Part shown: positions 36,781-50,700 of the stretch, piece after piece
How positions within the stretch are numbered: the stretch's first letter is position 1
How the letters are laid out: each line of letters opens with the position of its first letter
Source of the DNA: Octopus sinensis
Lineage: Eukaryota
Direction of reading: 5' to 3'
Length of the DNA stretch: 64,000 nt
NCBI RefSeq assembly: GCF_006345805.1
Contig: NC_043013.1
Location: 15,996,001-16,060,000, forward strand
Made by a program: the position numbers and the translations under genes
The notes under the pieces: generated by a model
The model's database searches: none
Told to the model about the DNA's origin: nothing
The model's input: only the letters and a program-made list of their open reading frames with translations

Positions 36781-37347
36781 TGTTCATCAAGACCTCAAAA
36801 CTCAATCATGCTCAGACCCTAAACGAGTGCATACAGAAGAGTTTCATGGTTCTGCACATATTTCAGATAAGCCGTGGTGTAGTTACAGAGCTGCCCTTAA
36901 GTTTGTTCCACCTCCTTTCTTCCAGGCCCCAATTACAGATTTATCCAGTAGACCCAAAAGTGCTGCCCTCATGAAAGCAGTGCCTGGAGTTGACCATCCA
37001 TATGCCCTCACCTATGCCCATCTTTCAATTTATGCTACCTCAGATAAGCTCAGCTGTTAGTGTTTCCCTCCTTTCTGAGTTTATTTTAAACTAGTAATGC
37101 CCCTTGCTGGTATTGCCAGTCAAGGGTACCATGTAAAAATCTAAAAAGCACTGGCGCTGGTGCCATGTAAAATGCGCTGGTGAAGGTGCCATGGAAAAAA
37201 CACCCAGTACACTCTGTAAAGTGTTAGGAAGGGAGCATTCAGCTGAAGAAAGCAAACCAAAACAGACTATGGAACCTGGTGCAGATCTTGGCCTTGCCAG
37301 CTCCTGTTGAACCATCAACCCCATGCTATAATGGAAAACAGAGAAAA

Positions 37348-37578
37348 GGCGGCAAGCTGGCAGAAACATTAGCACGCCAGGTGAAATGCTTAGCGGTATT
37401 TGGTCTGCCGTTACGTTCTGAGTTCAAATTCCGCCGAGGTCAACTTTGCCTTTCCTCCTTTCGAGGTAGATAAATAAAGTACCAGTTATGCACTGGGGTC
37501 GATCTAATCAGCTTAGTCCCTTTGTATGTCCTTGTTTGTCCCCTCTATGTTTGGCCCCTTGTGGGCAATAAAGAAATA
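37348..37578 (+). mobile_element. SINE family A
   Basis: Consensus match. Preceded by a degenerate RTE 3' UTR at about 37100-37340. Confidence 0.85.
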
Positions 37579-38114
37579 AGAAATAATGGAAAACAGATGA
37601 TGATGATGATGATGACGATGACGACGACAATGATGACAACGACGATAACAATGATGATAAATAACAGTTCTTGGGCTGAAACCTTCCAGAACCGACCATC
37701 CAAATTGATATCTGTCTATGCTGAATGTTTCTGTCTGTACTCCTTCCTGCAAACCCACGAGAATGTTGTCATTCACCCCCAGTAGGCTTCTAAAGAAAGT
37801 TGATGTACAAATTTAATGTACACAGCATTACACAATTGGTACCAGGGTAGCGTGAGAGAAGCAGGACCGTGGGTGTTTGACGACATTCCTTACGCCAGAT
37901 AATCTTTCCCTAAAGTAACAGTAGGAGATGGTGCATTTATAGAAAAAAAACTGCACACACACACACACACACACACAGACATTGATGCAATTATGTATAA
38001 GTCTACATGTGTATGTGTATATGTGTATGTATATATACACACACATGCATATATATATACACATACATACACATAAATATATATACATATACATATATAC
38101 ATACATATATGTGC

Positions 38115-38151
<37 letters not shown>

Positions 38152-38977
38152 TACATATATAAATATAAATATATATATGCATGTGTGTGCGTATGCATGT
38201 GCATGTGTGTGTGTGTGTAGATATCTATGTATGTATTTTACTATTGGAGAACAAAAAGACATTCCCATGAACGTGTATGTTTATGTATGTACATGCATTG
38301 GTGTATATGTATGTATAAATGTTTGTGCCTGTTTGTATATGTATGTATGCATGCAGCATTGTGTGTATTTTCTGAGGCAGGGTGTGGTGTTGGTGGTAGT
38401 GGTGGGGTTATTGCCAGAGTGAAACTGATACCCAGCTCTTAGTAAACATACTACCCCCACATCTCACCCTACATCTCACCTCAACTGGCTCCACTCCCAC
38501 CACAACTTTCTCTCACCCCCAACTCCACCACTAAAGAAAAACTATTGAAAAATACAACAAATACAAAATTACAAATATCCAAAACAAACGCCAAAATACA
38601 AAATAGATAAAAAAAAAACAGTGAGAAAAGAATTCTAAATTTACCGGGTTTACCATCTTTGCAGTATGAAGGAACTTAGTGTTTATTGTTGTTGTTACTG
38701 CTGTCGTTGCTTAGTTTTATGTCACTCCTACACGAGTGGACACACGGTCAAAGATATCCCAGTTGTCTTTTAATATATCTGGTACTATATTGTTCTCTAT
38801 CTCCCTCCATATCTAAGATGGTAGGACATGATTTTGAGGAAGATCTGGCAGCTGGTTTTAGCAGGTCAAACAACCATCCAGAAACTCAATCACTCGTATG
38901 GAAAATCAATGAGGAAACTACACCAGATCGTCTTAAACAGCAGCCAAGGTTTCTAGAAATAAATATATTGATAGGCT

Positions 38978-39153
38978 CAGGAGTGGCTGTGTGGTAAGTA
39001 GCTTGCTTATAAACCACATGGTTCTGGGTTCAGTCCCACTGCTTGGCACCTTGGGCAAGTGTCTTCTACTTTAGCCTCGGGCCGACCAAAGCCTTCTGAG
39101 TGGATTTGGTAGATGGAAACTGAAAGAAGCCTATCATATATATGTATTTATAT

Positions 39154-39214
<61 letters not shown>

Positions 39215-39295
39215 GTGTGTATATGTTTGTGTGTCTGTGTTTATCCCCCTAACATCGCTTGACAACCGGTGCTGGTGTGTTTATGTCCCTGTAAG
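38978..39295 (+). mobile_element. SINE family B, 3'-truncated
   Basis: ggctcaggagtggctgtgtggtaagtagcttgc... Confidence 0.85.
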
Positions 39296-39323
39296 GTACT
39301 TATTTCATCAACGCCGAAAAAAT

Positions 39324-39373
<50 letters not shown>

Positions 39374-39694
39374 TCTTTCAAATTTTGGTTCAAGGCCAGT
39401 AACATTGAGGTGAGGGGAAGTCAGTTATATCGACCCCAGTGTTCAACTGGTATTTATTTTATTGCTCCTGAATGGATGTGAGGCAAATGCAGCCTTAGTG
39501 GAATTTGAACTCAAAATGTAAATAGTTGAAAGAATTGCTGCTGCTAAGCATCTTCTCTGATGTGCTAATGATTCTACCAGCTTTTAATAATGGTTTCTTA
39601 ATTAGGCACAAAGCCAACAGTTTTGAGGGGAGAAGGTTGGTCAAGACCATCAACTCTAGGACTAAACTGGTACTGATTTTATCAACTCCATAAT

Positions 39695-39925
39695 GATGAA
39701 AAGGTATCGGCCACTCTTTGACAGGTTTATAGTCAAGCCAGTGGCAGTGGAGACCACTGGCGTTCTTGGCCCTTGGACCATGTCCCTGCTCACCGATATT
39801 GAAGCAGAGATAGCTGTTTGCAAGTGTGATCCCCATGAGTTAGAGTGGCTGTTCCAGCAAATCTCCCCCACCATCCTCTGGGACTATACCTTTTCCATTT
39901 TGTCTGCTGGGGCCACGAGGCAGAG
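39695..39925 (+). mobile_element. CRE-clade-like RLE retrotransposon C-terminal fragment
   Basis: KRYRPLFDRFIVKPVAVETTGVLGPWTMSLL.DI...I...K.DPHELEWLFQQIS..I...FSILSA matches the CRE-type K..KY....F.P.AVET.G..G...D.RE...L.QR.S.A...GN pattern from memory. Confidence 0.6.
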
Positions 39926-40319
39926 ATAAAAACTTTGATTTAAACTATATAGACATTTTGAGATGACATAATTTCTGTACAAAACAGTTACAAATATTCT
40001 AAGGCTGGAGAGGCAAATTTCACCTTAGCATGATTTGAACTCTGAAGTTAAGGAATTGGAAGAAATATGATAAGGCATTTCACTTATTACTCCAGAAACT
40101 TGTTCTAACTCGCTGCATTCTGAGTTCCGATTGTGCTGAGGTCGATTTTGAATTTCATCTCTCTTGGTTTGATAAAATGAAGAATTGGATTGAAACCATT
40201 CTTCCTACACATTTCAGGCATTGTGCCAATTCTAGAAACAATTATGCTTATTGGTGATGTTGCTGTTGTTGTTGTTGGCAGGCAGTCGACTAGGAAGAAG
40301 AAATGAAGGAGGAGGAGGA

Positions 40320-40502
40320 GGAGGATGTTGAATAACGATGATGGTGATGATAATGATGATGATGATGACGACGACGACGACGACGATGATAATGATGATA
40401 ATGAGACAATTATGATGATGACAACAACGATGATGATGATGATGCTCATGATAGTAGTGGTGGTGATGGTGATGATGATGGTAATGATAATAGTATCAAT
40501 GA

Positions 40503-40536
<34 letters not shown>

Positions 40537-40580
40537 GGTGGTGGTGGTGGTGGTGATGATGATGATAATGATGATGATAA
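40320..40580. repeat. (GAT)n/(GAC)n/(GGT)n compound microsatellite
   Basis: Directly visible. Confidence 0.95.
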
Positions 40581-40717
40581 ACTAAAAACCTCCACAAATA
40601 TATAAAAGACTCCCCTGGTTATATTACAGAAGTGATTCTGGAAATGAATAGAAGCCATTATTAACCAGAAATGTCAGTCTGTGACCTTAAAGATTAGCCA
40701 TTACATATGTGTGTGCA

Positions 40718-40781
<64 letters not shown>

Positions 40782-40899
40782 TGTGTGTGTGCGTGTGTGT
40801 GTCTATTTTTTGCAGTCTTTCTTTCTTCTGCTTCCTATTAGTCCCTCTGTACTTTCTTTCTCGCTCTCTTTCTCTCCCTTCTCCCCTTATCAATTTCCA

Positions 40900-40947
<48 letters not shown>

Positions 40948-41469
40948 GTTCTCTCTGTAATATAAGTGAAAAGAAATATTATGTATGTATAGATGTGTGT
41001 GTGTATATACAATACACACACACACACACACATATATATATACATGCATACATATATACATACATGTATATAATACAAACACACACACATATATATGCAA
41101 ATCTATATATATATGCGAATATATATATATATACATACATACATATATACACACACGCATACATATACATGCATATACATATATACATATATGTATACAC
41201 ATGCACACACACATACGCGCACACACACACAAACACACACACACACACACACAGAAAAGATAGAGAGAAAGAGAGAAAATGATAGCAGTTATTATTCTGT
41301 TATGTCTGCAGTGGATGATGGAATCGGTAAACTGTTGGACACAATTACCATATTTAGTATTTCCTGAGTATCCTTAATGTCTGAGGTCAATTCAAGCAAG
41401 AAGATACACTACCATTTCAACTTTCCAGAAGTATATCAAGTATATATTAGTCTTACATGGGGTTGTTGT

Positions 41470-41975
41470 TGCTCATGGTGGTTATTTATTTAACCCTTGG
41501 TCAATCTTAATCCATTAGGCCAAAGATCAAAGACATTCAAGTTGTGACCATCACGTCTATTACAGACACAATGTATCTAGGACTATATTGTTTAATGCTT
41601 CCTTTAATGATCTTATTTATTTAACCCTTGGTCAATCTTAATCCATGAGGCCAATGATCAAAGACATTCAAGTTGTGACCATCACGTCTATTACAGACAC
41701 AATGTATCTAGGACTATATTGGTTAATGTTCTCTTTAATGATCTTATTTATTTAACCCTTGTTTAATCTTATTCCAGCAGACCTATGATCAAAGATATTC
41801 CAGCTGTGACCATCATGTCTAACATACAGACACAGTGTATCTAGGAATATATTGTTCAATGCTCTCTTTATTGATCTCATTGTTTATTTAACCCCGGGTC
41901 AGGCCTAATCTATTAGACCTATGATCAAAGACATTCCAGCTGTGACCATCAGATCTATCATCTAGTTACAGTGTG
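41470..41975. repeat. 131-bp tandem repeat, about 3.8 units
   Basis: taaccc anchors at 41491, 41622, 41753 and 41889. The unit resembles the TIR segment of the MITE at 6615-7030. Confidence 0.88.
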
Positions 41976-41979
41976 TCTC

Positions 41980-42275
41980 ATCATCATCATCATCGTTTAA
42001 CGTCTGTTTTCCATGCTAGCATGGGTTGGATGGTTTGACCAGGGTCTGGGAAGCCAGGAAGCTGCATCAGGCTCCAGTCTGATTTGGCAGTGTTTCTACA
42101 GCTGGATGCCCTTCCTAACGCCAACCACTCTGTGAGTGTAGTGGGTGCTTTTTACATGCCACCGGCACAGGTGCCAGGCAAGGCTGGCAACGGCCATGAT
42201 CGGTTGGTGCTTTTTACATACCACTGGCATGGAGGCCATTTGAGGTGGTGCTGGCAACGGCTATGTTCGGATGGT
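41980..42275 (-). mobile_element. RTE-LINE 3' UTR fragment
   Basis: (CAT)n plus the reverse complement of the terminal consensus. Confidence 0.85.
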
Positions 42276-42629
42276 TCTTTCTATTATATAATGTTCCCTT
42301 TCTTGATATTGTTGTTTGGCCCTTGAACGGTCCTGATCTGTCAAATACATGTATGAACAAACATCCCAGCCTTGACTCTTATGTGTCTTTTATTCCACAC
42401 ATAATGGTTATACACCTACATGATTTCAGGAACCCTTCCATTTTTAATACTATGATTCAGCTGTTATTTTTAGCAGGTTGTCATAGCAGGGTTGATTTAA
42501 TCAGCAATTTCTCTACCATTTCTCAACATATTTAGAGCCCTAAGCTGCTTATCCTCCTTATCTTGCTTATCCTGCTGAAAACAGTAGTTAAATAGTACTC
42601 AGATTACACCACTACTATCTTAGAAAAAA

Positions 42630-43036
42630 TTCGGAGTGGCTGTGTGGTTAGTAGCTTGCTTACCAGCCACATGGTTTCGGGTTCAGTCCCACTGCATGGC
42701 ACCTTGGGCAAGTGTCTTCTGCTATAGCCCCGGGCTGACCAAAGCCTTGTGAGTGGATTTGGTAGACGGAAACTGAAAGAAGCCTGTCGTATATATGTAT
42801 ATGTATATATATATGTATATGTGTGTGTGTTTGTGTATCTGTGTTTGTCCCCCTAGCATTGCTTGACAACCGATGCTGGTGTGTTTACGTCCCCGTCACT
42901 TAACGGTTCGGCAAAAGAGACCGATAGAATAAGTACTGGGCTTACAAAGAATAAGTCCCAGGGTCGATTTGCTCAACTAAAGGCGGTGCTCCAACATGGC
43001 CGCAGTCAAATGACTGAAACAAGTAAAAGAGTAAAA
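42630..43036 (+). mobile_element. SINE family B, near full length
   Basis: Head ggagtggctgtgtgg, CORE-like ggcaccttgggcaagtgtctt, tail ggcggtgctccaacatggccgcagtcaaatgactgaaacaagtaaaagag. Confidence 0.9.
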
Positions 43037-43041
43037 GTGTA

Positions 43042-43240
43042 AATTGGTCATCTTCACTTCTTACAACCGTTTCAATTAATACTCAATAATTTAGTTACGA
43101 ATTTCTACATTAAATTTGTATTTATGTGATATGAGCATATTTTCATCAGAAAAAAAATAAATGCAAAACTAATGTACAAATTTGTTATTAAATTATCGAG
43201 TATTAATTGAAATGGTTGTAAGAAGTGAAGAAGACCAATT
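43042..43240. repeat. 199-bp imperfect palindrome (MITE-like)
   Basis: aattggtcatcttcacttcttacaacc... is inverted as ...ggttgtaagaagtgaagaagaccaatt, with arms of about 83 bp. Confidence 0.88.
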
Positions 43241-43267
43241 CGTTGATAATAAATGATTGTTAACTAA

Positions 43268-43490
43268 GGTGGAGAGCTAGCAGAAACGTTAGCACGCCGG
43301 GTGAAAAGCTTATTGGTGTTTCGTCTGTCTTTATGTTCTGAGTTCAAATTCCGCTGAGGTCAACATTGCCTTTCATCCTTTCGGGGTCGATAAATTAAGT
43401 ACCAGTTGCGTACTGGGGTCGATCTAATCGACTGGCCCTCTCCTCCAAGATTTGGGATTTGTGCCTAGAGTAGAACAGAATAAATTATTG
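43268..43490 (+). mobile_element. SINE family A (alternative tail)
   Basis: Consensus head and core. Confidence 0.8.
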
Positions 43491-43603
43491 TTAACTTCCT
43501 TTTCTCCATTTTCTTTTCTTCTGTAACTATATATATATATAAATATATATATATACATACATATATAAATACATATATATACATACATACATAATACATA
43601 TAT

Positions 43604-43646
<43 letters not shown>

Positions 43647-44439
43647 TACATACATACATATATATATATATAATATAATATATATATATTATATATATAT
43701 ATATATTTATATTTACTATAATTATTACTTACAATAATATGCTCCATTTAAAGCAACTAAATTTGTTTACAAATTTGTAAATATATATTCTAAACTAAAA
43801 TTAGCTGAAATCGATAGGTAGACCTTGTGGGTGGATTGGGTCCATATGTAAGCATTGGTGTCATGTTCAATTCCCAGTGGTTCTACCCACTTTTTTTTTC
43901 CAGTCATTTGTTTAGGTTTAGTCACTTCAAATGGAGCATATATTATTGTAAGTAATATAATATAATTATAGTTATTATTAAAAAGGACCTATATGTGTTG
44001 CTTTTACCATAATTTACAGCCTTTGGGTTTGTTTATAAATATATAAATTTGTAAACAAACCCACGTATATATTTAAGTGGATGAACACGAGAGTGTGTTT
44101 GTGTCTCTTTCATTTAACATTTTACCCTAAGTGTAATCAAACATCATTGTCATACAAGTGGTATCATTCATTTGCAATCTTATACCACACAGCAATGATT
44201 GTGCTGTAAATATTACTTTATTTGGAAACAGGCAAGTGCTGCCAGTGATAGAAGAAGAGTGTCTGCTCAACAAGAGAGCGACAATTATGATGATGATGAC
44301 CATGGTGATGGAGAAGAGAAGAAGGAGGAAGAGGAGGAATGTGGTGGATTGTTGATACACTTTGGTATGGCAGTAAACATTTGGGAAACAATCTCAAAAT
44401 GCTTGTATTTAAAAGGCAAAGAATGTTACTTAAATTATA

Positions 44440-45095
44440 CTAGGTTTGACCCAAGTTATTGCAGGTTTTATACATTATACCAAATTATACCAGGTTATCA
44501 TAAATCAACCAATCCAACTTACATCAAGTTATACCATGCTATACCAAGTTATACCAGGTTTTGTCAAGTTATACTGAGTCATATCATGTTATAACAAATT
44601 ATACCAAGTTATACGGAATTATGTTGTTATAGCAGGTTATACAATGTTATTCCAGATTATACAAAGCTACACGTAAAAAGCACCATCCGTTCGTGGCCAT
44701 TGCCAGCCTCGCCTGGCCCCCGTGCCGGTGGCACGTAAAAAGCACCATCCGTTTGTGTCCGTTGCCAGCCTCACCTGGCCCCCGTGCCGGTGGCACGTAA
44801 AAGCACCATCCGTTTGTGGCCGTTTGCCAGCTCCGTCTGGCTCCTGTGCAGGTGGCACGTAAAAAGCACCCACTACACTCGCGGAGTGGTTGGCATTAGG
44901 AAGGGCATCCAGCTGTAGAAACACTGCCAGATCAGACTGGGCCTGATGCAGCCTTCTGGCTTCATAGACCCCAGTTGAACCGTCCAACCCATGCTAGCAT
45001 GGAAAACGGACGCTAAATGATGATGATGATGATGATAGCAAGTTATCATAATTTATACCAAGTTATACCAAGTTATAACATGTTATACCAGATTA
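44440..45095. repeat. 10-bp minisatellite (TTATACCAAG) interrupted by an RTE 3' UTR insertion
   Basis: Units at about 44440-44662 and 45037-45095. Confidence 0.75.
44668..45036 (+). mobile_element. RTE-LINE 3' UTR with 3 array units
   Basis: A-A-B' units, terminal consensus and (GAT)n. Confidence 0.88.
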
Positions 45096-45989
45096 AATAC
45101 AATTTACAAAGACAATCCTATAAGCAAAACAGTAAAAATATGCCAGATTTTTCTAGAATTTTTAACATGTAACTCTTTGCTATCGTTGTTATCTAAATTC
45201 TGGCAATGGAACTTGATGTCTTTGTTAAGAGATTGTTCCTTCCTCGTTGAAGGAATTCTAGTAATTAGATAGGAAAAAAATAGCCTATGGTTATTGCCAC
45301 CACCGCCACCACCACTACCACTACCATTATTACTACCACTAACAAGAATACCACTACAACCATCACAAACCACCACCACCAACACTACCATCATTACTAC
45401 CACTACTACAATCACTACCACCACAACATCACACATCACACACACCACCACCATTACCACCACCATCGTTACTACCACTAACAACAAGAACACCACTACT
45501 ACAATCACTACCACTATAGCAACCAGTAAAAATCACTAGCAAAACCATTACCACTGCCACCACCACCACCACTGCCTCCCCTACCATCATCGCTGCCGCC
45601 ACCACCACCTCTACTATTACTATGACCAGCCACATCACCGCAACCACCACCACCACCACCACCACCACCACCACCACATCACCACCGCCACTACCCACAC
45701 AAGTAATAGACCCAAAATCTACACTATTATATATAAAAATCAATGGCACTGTTGTAAAGCAGACAGAATGTACCAATTTCCACCCCCAGGAACCATAGCA
45801 GACAGACACATAAACTTAGACAAAAGTCTTCCGATAATATGGTTAAGTAAAAGCAAAAGCTATTTGTCTCTGTCAAAAAATATAAATAATTGGTTTGTAT
45901 CACATTAATGAACGAACTAGCTTTTGTTGATTACAGTTCACCTGAGGCACATAGCAGATGTGTGTAGCTGATACGTACTATATACTTAT

Positions 45990-46123
45990 AATACATGCAT
46001 ATATATATATATATATAATATATAATATTATATATATATATATCTATATATATATATTATACATATATATATATATATATATATCATATATATATATATA
46101 CATATAATTATATATATATTACA

Positions 46124-46182
<59 letters not shown>

Positions 46183-46192
46183 ATACATATAC

Positions 46193-46249
<57 letters not shown>

Positions 46250-46285
46250 CATATATATATGATATATACATATATATATATATAC

Positions 46286-46318
<33 letters not shown>

Positions 46319-46339
46319 ATATACTATATATAATATACA

Positions 46340-46395
<56 letters not shown>

Positions 46396-46455
46396 TATAT
46401 AATACATATATAATATATATTATACATTATATACATATATATTTATATATATATG

Positions 46456-46488
<33 letters not shown>

Positions 46489-46630
46489 TATATATATATA
46501 TATAATGTATATATATATATGTATTATATATATATAGATATATAATGTAATATATATCATATATTATTATATATATGTATATATATATATATGTATATAT
46601 ATTATATATATTATATATATATATATATGT
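45990..46630. repeat. Long (TA)n-rich low-complexity tract
   Basis: Directly visible. Confidence 0.97.
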
Positions 46631-46944
46631 GTGTGTGTGTGGGTATTTATATATTTATATATATATTACATATTTACATATATGTATGTATGTGTATATA
46701 TATGTGTCATGTTATGTCTCTCTCTCTCTCTCTCTATTATATATATATATATAGATATATTACATATACATACAAACACATGCACGCACCTATACACACA
46801 CACATATAGATAGATAGATAGATATACATATACATACATACATACATATGTATTTTTTATATACGTATATATATGTACATATCATCATCATCATCATCAT
46901 CGTATATGTATATATTTATATATGTATATATATGCATATAACAT

Positions 46945-47270
46945 ATCATCATCATCATCGTTTAAACATCTGCTTTCCATGCTGGCATGGGTTGGACGGT
47001 TTGACTGAGAGCTAGGGAGTCAGAAGGCTGCACCAGTCTCCAATCCGATCTGGCAAAGTTTCTACAGCTGGATGCCCTTCTTAATGCCAACCCCTCTGAG
47101 AGTGTAGTGTGTGCTTTTACGAGGGCCAGTCAGGTGGTACTGGCATCAACCATGCTCAAATGGTGCTTTTTATGTGCCACCTGCACAGGAGCCAGCCAGG
47201 CGACGCTGGCAATGCCCACACTTGAATGGTGCTTTTTATATGCCACCAGCATGGGAGCCAGTCAGTGGCC
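46945..47270 (-). mobile_element. RTE-LINE 3' UTR fragment (different subfamily)
   Basis: (CAT)n, the terminal consensus and variant array units. Confidence 0.8.
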
Positions 47271-47271
47271 C

Positions 47272-47321
<50 letters not shown>

Positions 47322-47336
47322 TATATATATAAATAC

Positions 47337-47379
<43 letters not shown>

Positions 47380-47838
47380 CAAATATATGTATACATATGT
47401 ATATATTATATACAAACACACATTTTTAATCCCAATTTTTATTTTACACACACTTATATATATATACACACACACTCACATACATACATACATACATACA
47501 TACATACATACATACACACATACATACATACAATTATATACACATATAAAGAAAGAAAAAGAAAACAGAGATAGCAAAGTTAATAAATGTTTCTTATCAA
47601 CAACAAATCAATCATTAATGATTGATTTGTTATTGATGATAAGCATTTATTAAATTCATTATCTCCATTTCCTTTTGCTTCCTTTACATGAATATAAACT
47701 ACATGGCTTTTATATACATACCTATTATTCTAAGGAAATTAATCCTCCCAAAATATTAGGTATTGAACCAGTATTTCCTTACATGACGCCATCCCTTCAA
47801 GAGGTTAACATAACCTCTAATCGAATTTTTATATACTG

Positions 47839-47871
<33 letters not shown>

Positions 47872-47872
<1 letters not shown>

Positions 47873-49023
47873 TCATCATCATTTAGCATCTGCTTTCCAT
47901 GCTAGCATGGGTTGGACGGTTCAACTGGGGTCTGTGAAGCCAGAAGGCTGCATCAGGCCCAGTCTGATCTGGCAGTGTTTCTACGGCTGGATGCCCTTCC
48001 TAACGCCAACCACTCCGTGAGTAGTGGGTGCTTTTTACGTGCCACCCGCACAGATGCCAGATGGAGCTGGCAAACGGCCACGAACGGATGGTGCTTTTAC
48101 GTGCCACCGGCACGGGGGCCAGGCGAGGCTGGCAATGGACACGAACGGATGGTGCTTTTTACGTGCCACCAGCACGAGGCCAGTTGGGGCGGCGCTGGCA
48201 ACGGTCACGAACGGATGGTTCTCTTACGTGCCACCAGCACTGGTAACTCAGCTGCAATTTCCATTGATCGATTTCGATTCTGATCCTCACTTGCCTCAAC
48301 AGGTCTTCACAAGTAGAGTTTTGTGTCCCAAGAAGAGAAGGTATGCATATGTAGGCTGGCTCCATCCCATGTAGAAGGCCACGGGTTATGGTCTCACTTG
48401 TCCTGCCGGGTCTTCTCGCACACAGCATACTTCCAGAGGTCTCGGTCTCTAGTCATTTCCTCAGTGAGACCTAAAGTTCGAAGGTCGTGCTTCACCAACT
48501 TGTCCCAGGTTTTCCTGGGTCTGCCTCTTCCACAGGTTCCCTCAACCGCTTGGGTGTGGCACTTTTTCACACAACTATCTTCATCCATTCTCGCCACATG
48601 CCCATACCAGCGCAAACGTCTCTCTTGCACACCACAACTGATGCTTCTTAGGTCCAGCTTTTCTCTCAACGTACTTACACTCTGTCAAGTATAAACACTG
48701 ACATTACATATCCATCGGAGCATACTGGCTTCATTTCTTGCGAGCTTACGCATATCCTCAGCAGTCACGGCCCATGTTTCACTGCCATGTAGCATGGCTG
48801 TTCGTACACACGCATCATACAGTCTGCCTTTTACTCTGTGTGAGAGGCCTTTTGTCACCAGCAGAGGTAAGAGCTCTCTGAACTTTGCCCAAGCTATTCT
48901 TACTCTAGCAGTTACACTTTCAGCACGCCTGCCCCCGCCGCTGACTTGGTCACCTAGGTAACGGAAGCTATCAACTATTTCTAGTTTTTCTCCCTGGAAA
49001 GTGACGGAAGTTGGTCTCCGAGC
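47872..49023 (-). mobile_element. 5'-truncated RTE-clade LINE (RT C-terminus plus a 3' UTR of about 520 bp)
   Basis: EIVDSFRYLGDQ...IAWAKFRELLPLL...LYDACVRTAMLHGSETW...RNEASMLRW...VQERRLRWYGHVARM...RGRPRKTW...DRDLWK, continuous with the array-containing UTR and (GAT)n tail. One in-frame stop. Confidence 0.92.
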
Positions 49024-49034
49024 ATATATATATT

Positions 49035-49261
49035 CTTACTCTTACTCTTTTACTTGTTTCAGTCATTTGACTGTGGCCATGCTGGAGCACCACCTTTAGT
49101 CAAACAGATCAACCCCAGGACTTATTCTTTGTAAGCCTAGTACTTATTCTATCAGTCTTTTTTGCCGAACCGCTAAGTTACGGGGATGTAAACACACCAG
49201 CGTTGGTTGTCAAGTGATGTTGGGGGGACAAACACGGACACACAAACATACACACACATAC

Positions 49262-49300
<39 letters not shown>

Positions 49301-49468
49301 CATATATGCGACGGGCTTCTTTCAGTTTCCGTCTACCAAATCCACTCACAAGGCTTTGGTCAGCCCGAGGCTATAGTAGAAGACACTTGCCCAAGGTGCC
49401 ATGCAGTGAGACTGAACCCGGAACCATGTGGTTCATAAGCAAGCTACTTACCACACAGCCACTCCTAT
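49035..49468 (-). mobile_element. SINE family B, full length
   Basis: Complete consensus match. Confidence 0.9.
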
Positions 49469-49484
49469 ATATATATATATATAT

Positions 49485-49536
<52 letters not shown>

Positions 49537-50644
49537 GAGAGAGGGAGAGAGAGAGAGAGATAAATATATATATTAATAGTCTTGACTCTGTCTGTTTCAT
49601 AAATTATTTGTGCACATGGCATGAAAATGGCATCCAACAAACTCTGTAAAGGGGTCAGCATCAGAAAGAACAGCTGTAAACTCATGCCACAACTGATATT
49701 GTAACTTGATGTAACCCCATGACTCACGAAATCCTGTCAAACTGTCCAACCTATGCTAGGATAGAAAAATGGACATTCAATGATGATGAGGGTGGTGGTG
49801 CTGGTGGTGATGATGATGATGATGTTGATGATTATAATAATGATGACAATGATGATTTAACCCCATGATAGTGCATTTTTATCTGGCAACTAGGTTGCAC
49901 TGATAGTAATTATCTCGGTCAAGGTTAGCAATTAGCGCATGACAATGGTTCGGCATATATTTATGTCAACTGCTTTAAAGCATGCACCGTTTATTTATGT
50001 AGAGTGCCACCACTGCAAGAACCAAAACTTCAAAGAAGCTGGCACAGCTGGATGCAATTGTAAATTCCATGAAGGACCAGAAGAATTTGCTGAAATTGTA
50101 TGAATATGATAGGAAGTCTTCGTGGAATTGGTGACGTAACCACAAAAACTGATGCTTTTTATACTATTATGGTGATGAAGCCTCGAACTGAGTTGGAAAT
50201 ATTTACATGAAGAGTCTAAGAAACCCATCAGATTCCTTGAAATTTGCACAGTGGCCTCTGTTATCGATTCTGTGAGTGATAGCGGATATTTATATCAACT
50301 GGTTCACAAACAAGTACAAAACCTCAGCTGATAGGGCTGCATATATTTTCGCCATCCAATTGAAGTGAGTACACAGTGCACATAAACTTACATCAACCAA
50401 TGTTATGGGGTTAATGTAATAATAAAAATAATAATAATAATAATAAAAACATTGTGTACAGTGCTCAGGTGCACTACAACTCATCTAAAGTGTATGTATA
50501 ATCAGGTGTAGTTTCGGCGGATTTCGGAAAGCATGAGGGCCTTAAAAGGATGTAATAACATTTATAATGCACTGTTATAGAGTGTGCTTGTGTACATGAA
50601 CATGCGTATGTGTATAGATGTGTGTGTGCATATGTGTGTGTATG

Positions 50645-50700
<56 letters not shown>

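Noticed and set aside
41285-41367. YYSVMSAVDDGIGKLLDTI, faintly sulfatase-like possible exon
   Set aside because: Very short, no convincing splice pair or partner exons, and chance similarity is likely.
49995-50340. GC-richer unique stretch with short open frames
   Set aside because: No recognisable motif in any frame and multiple stops.
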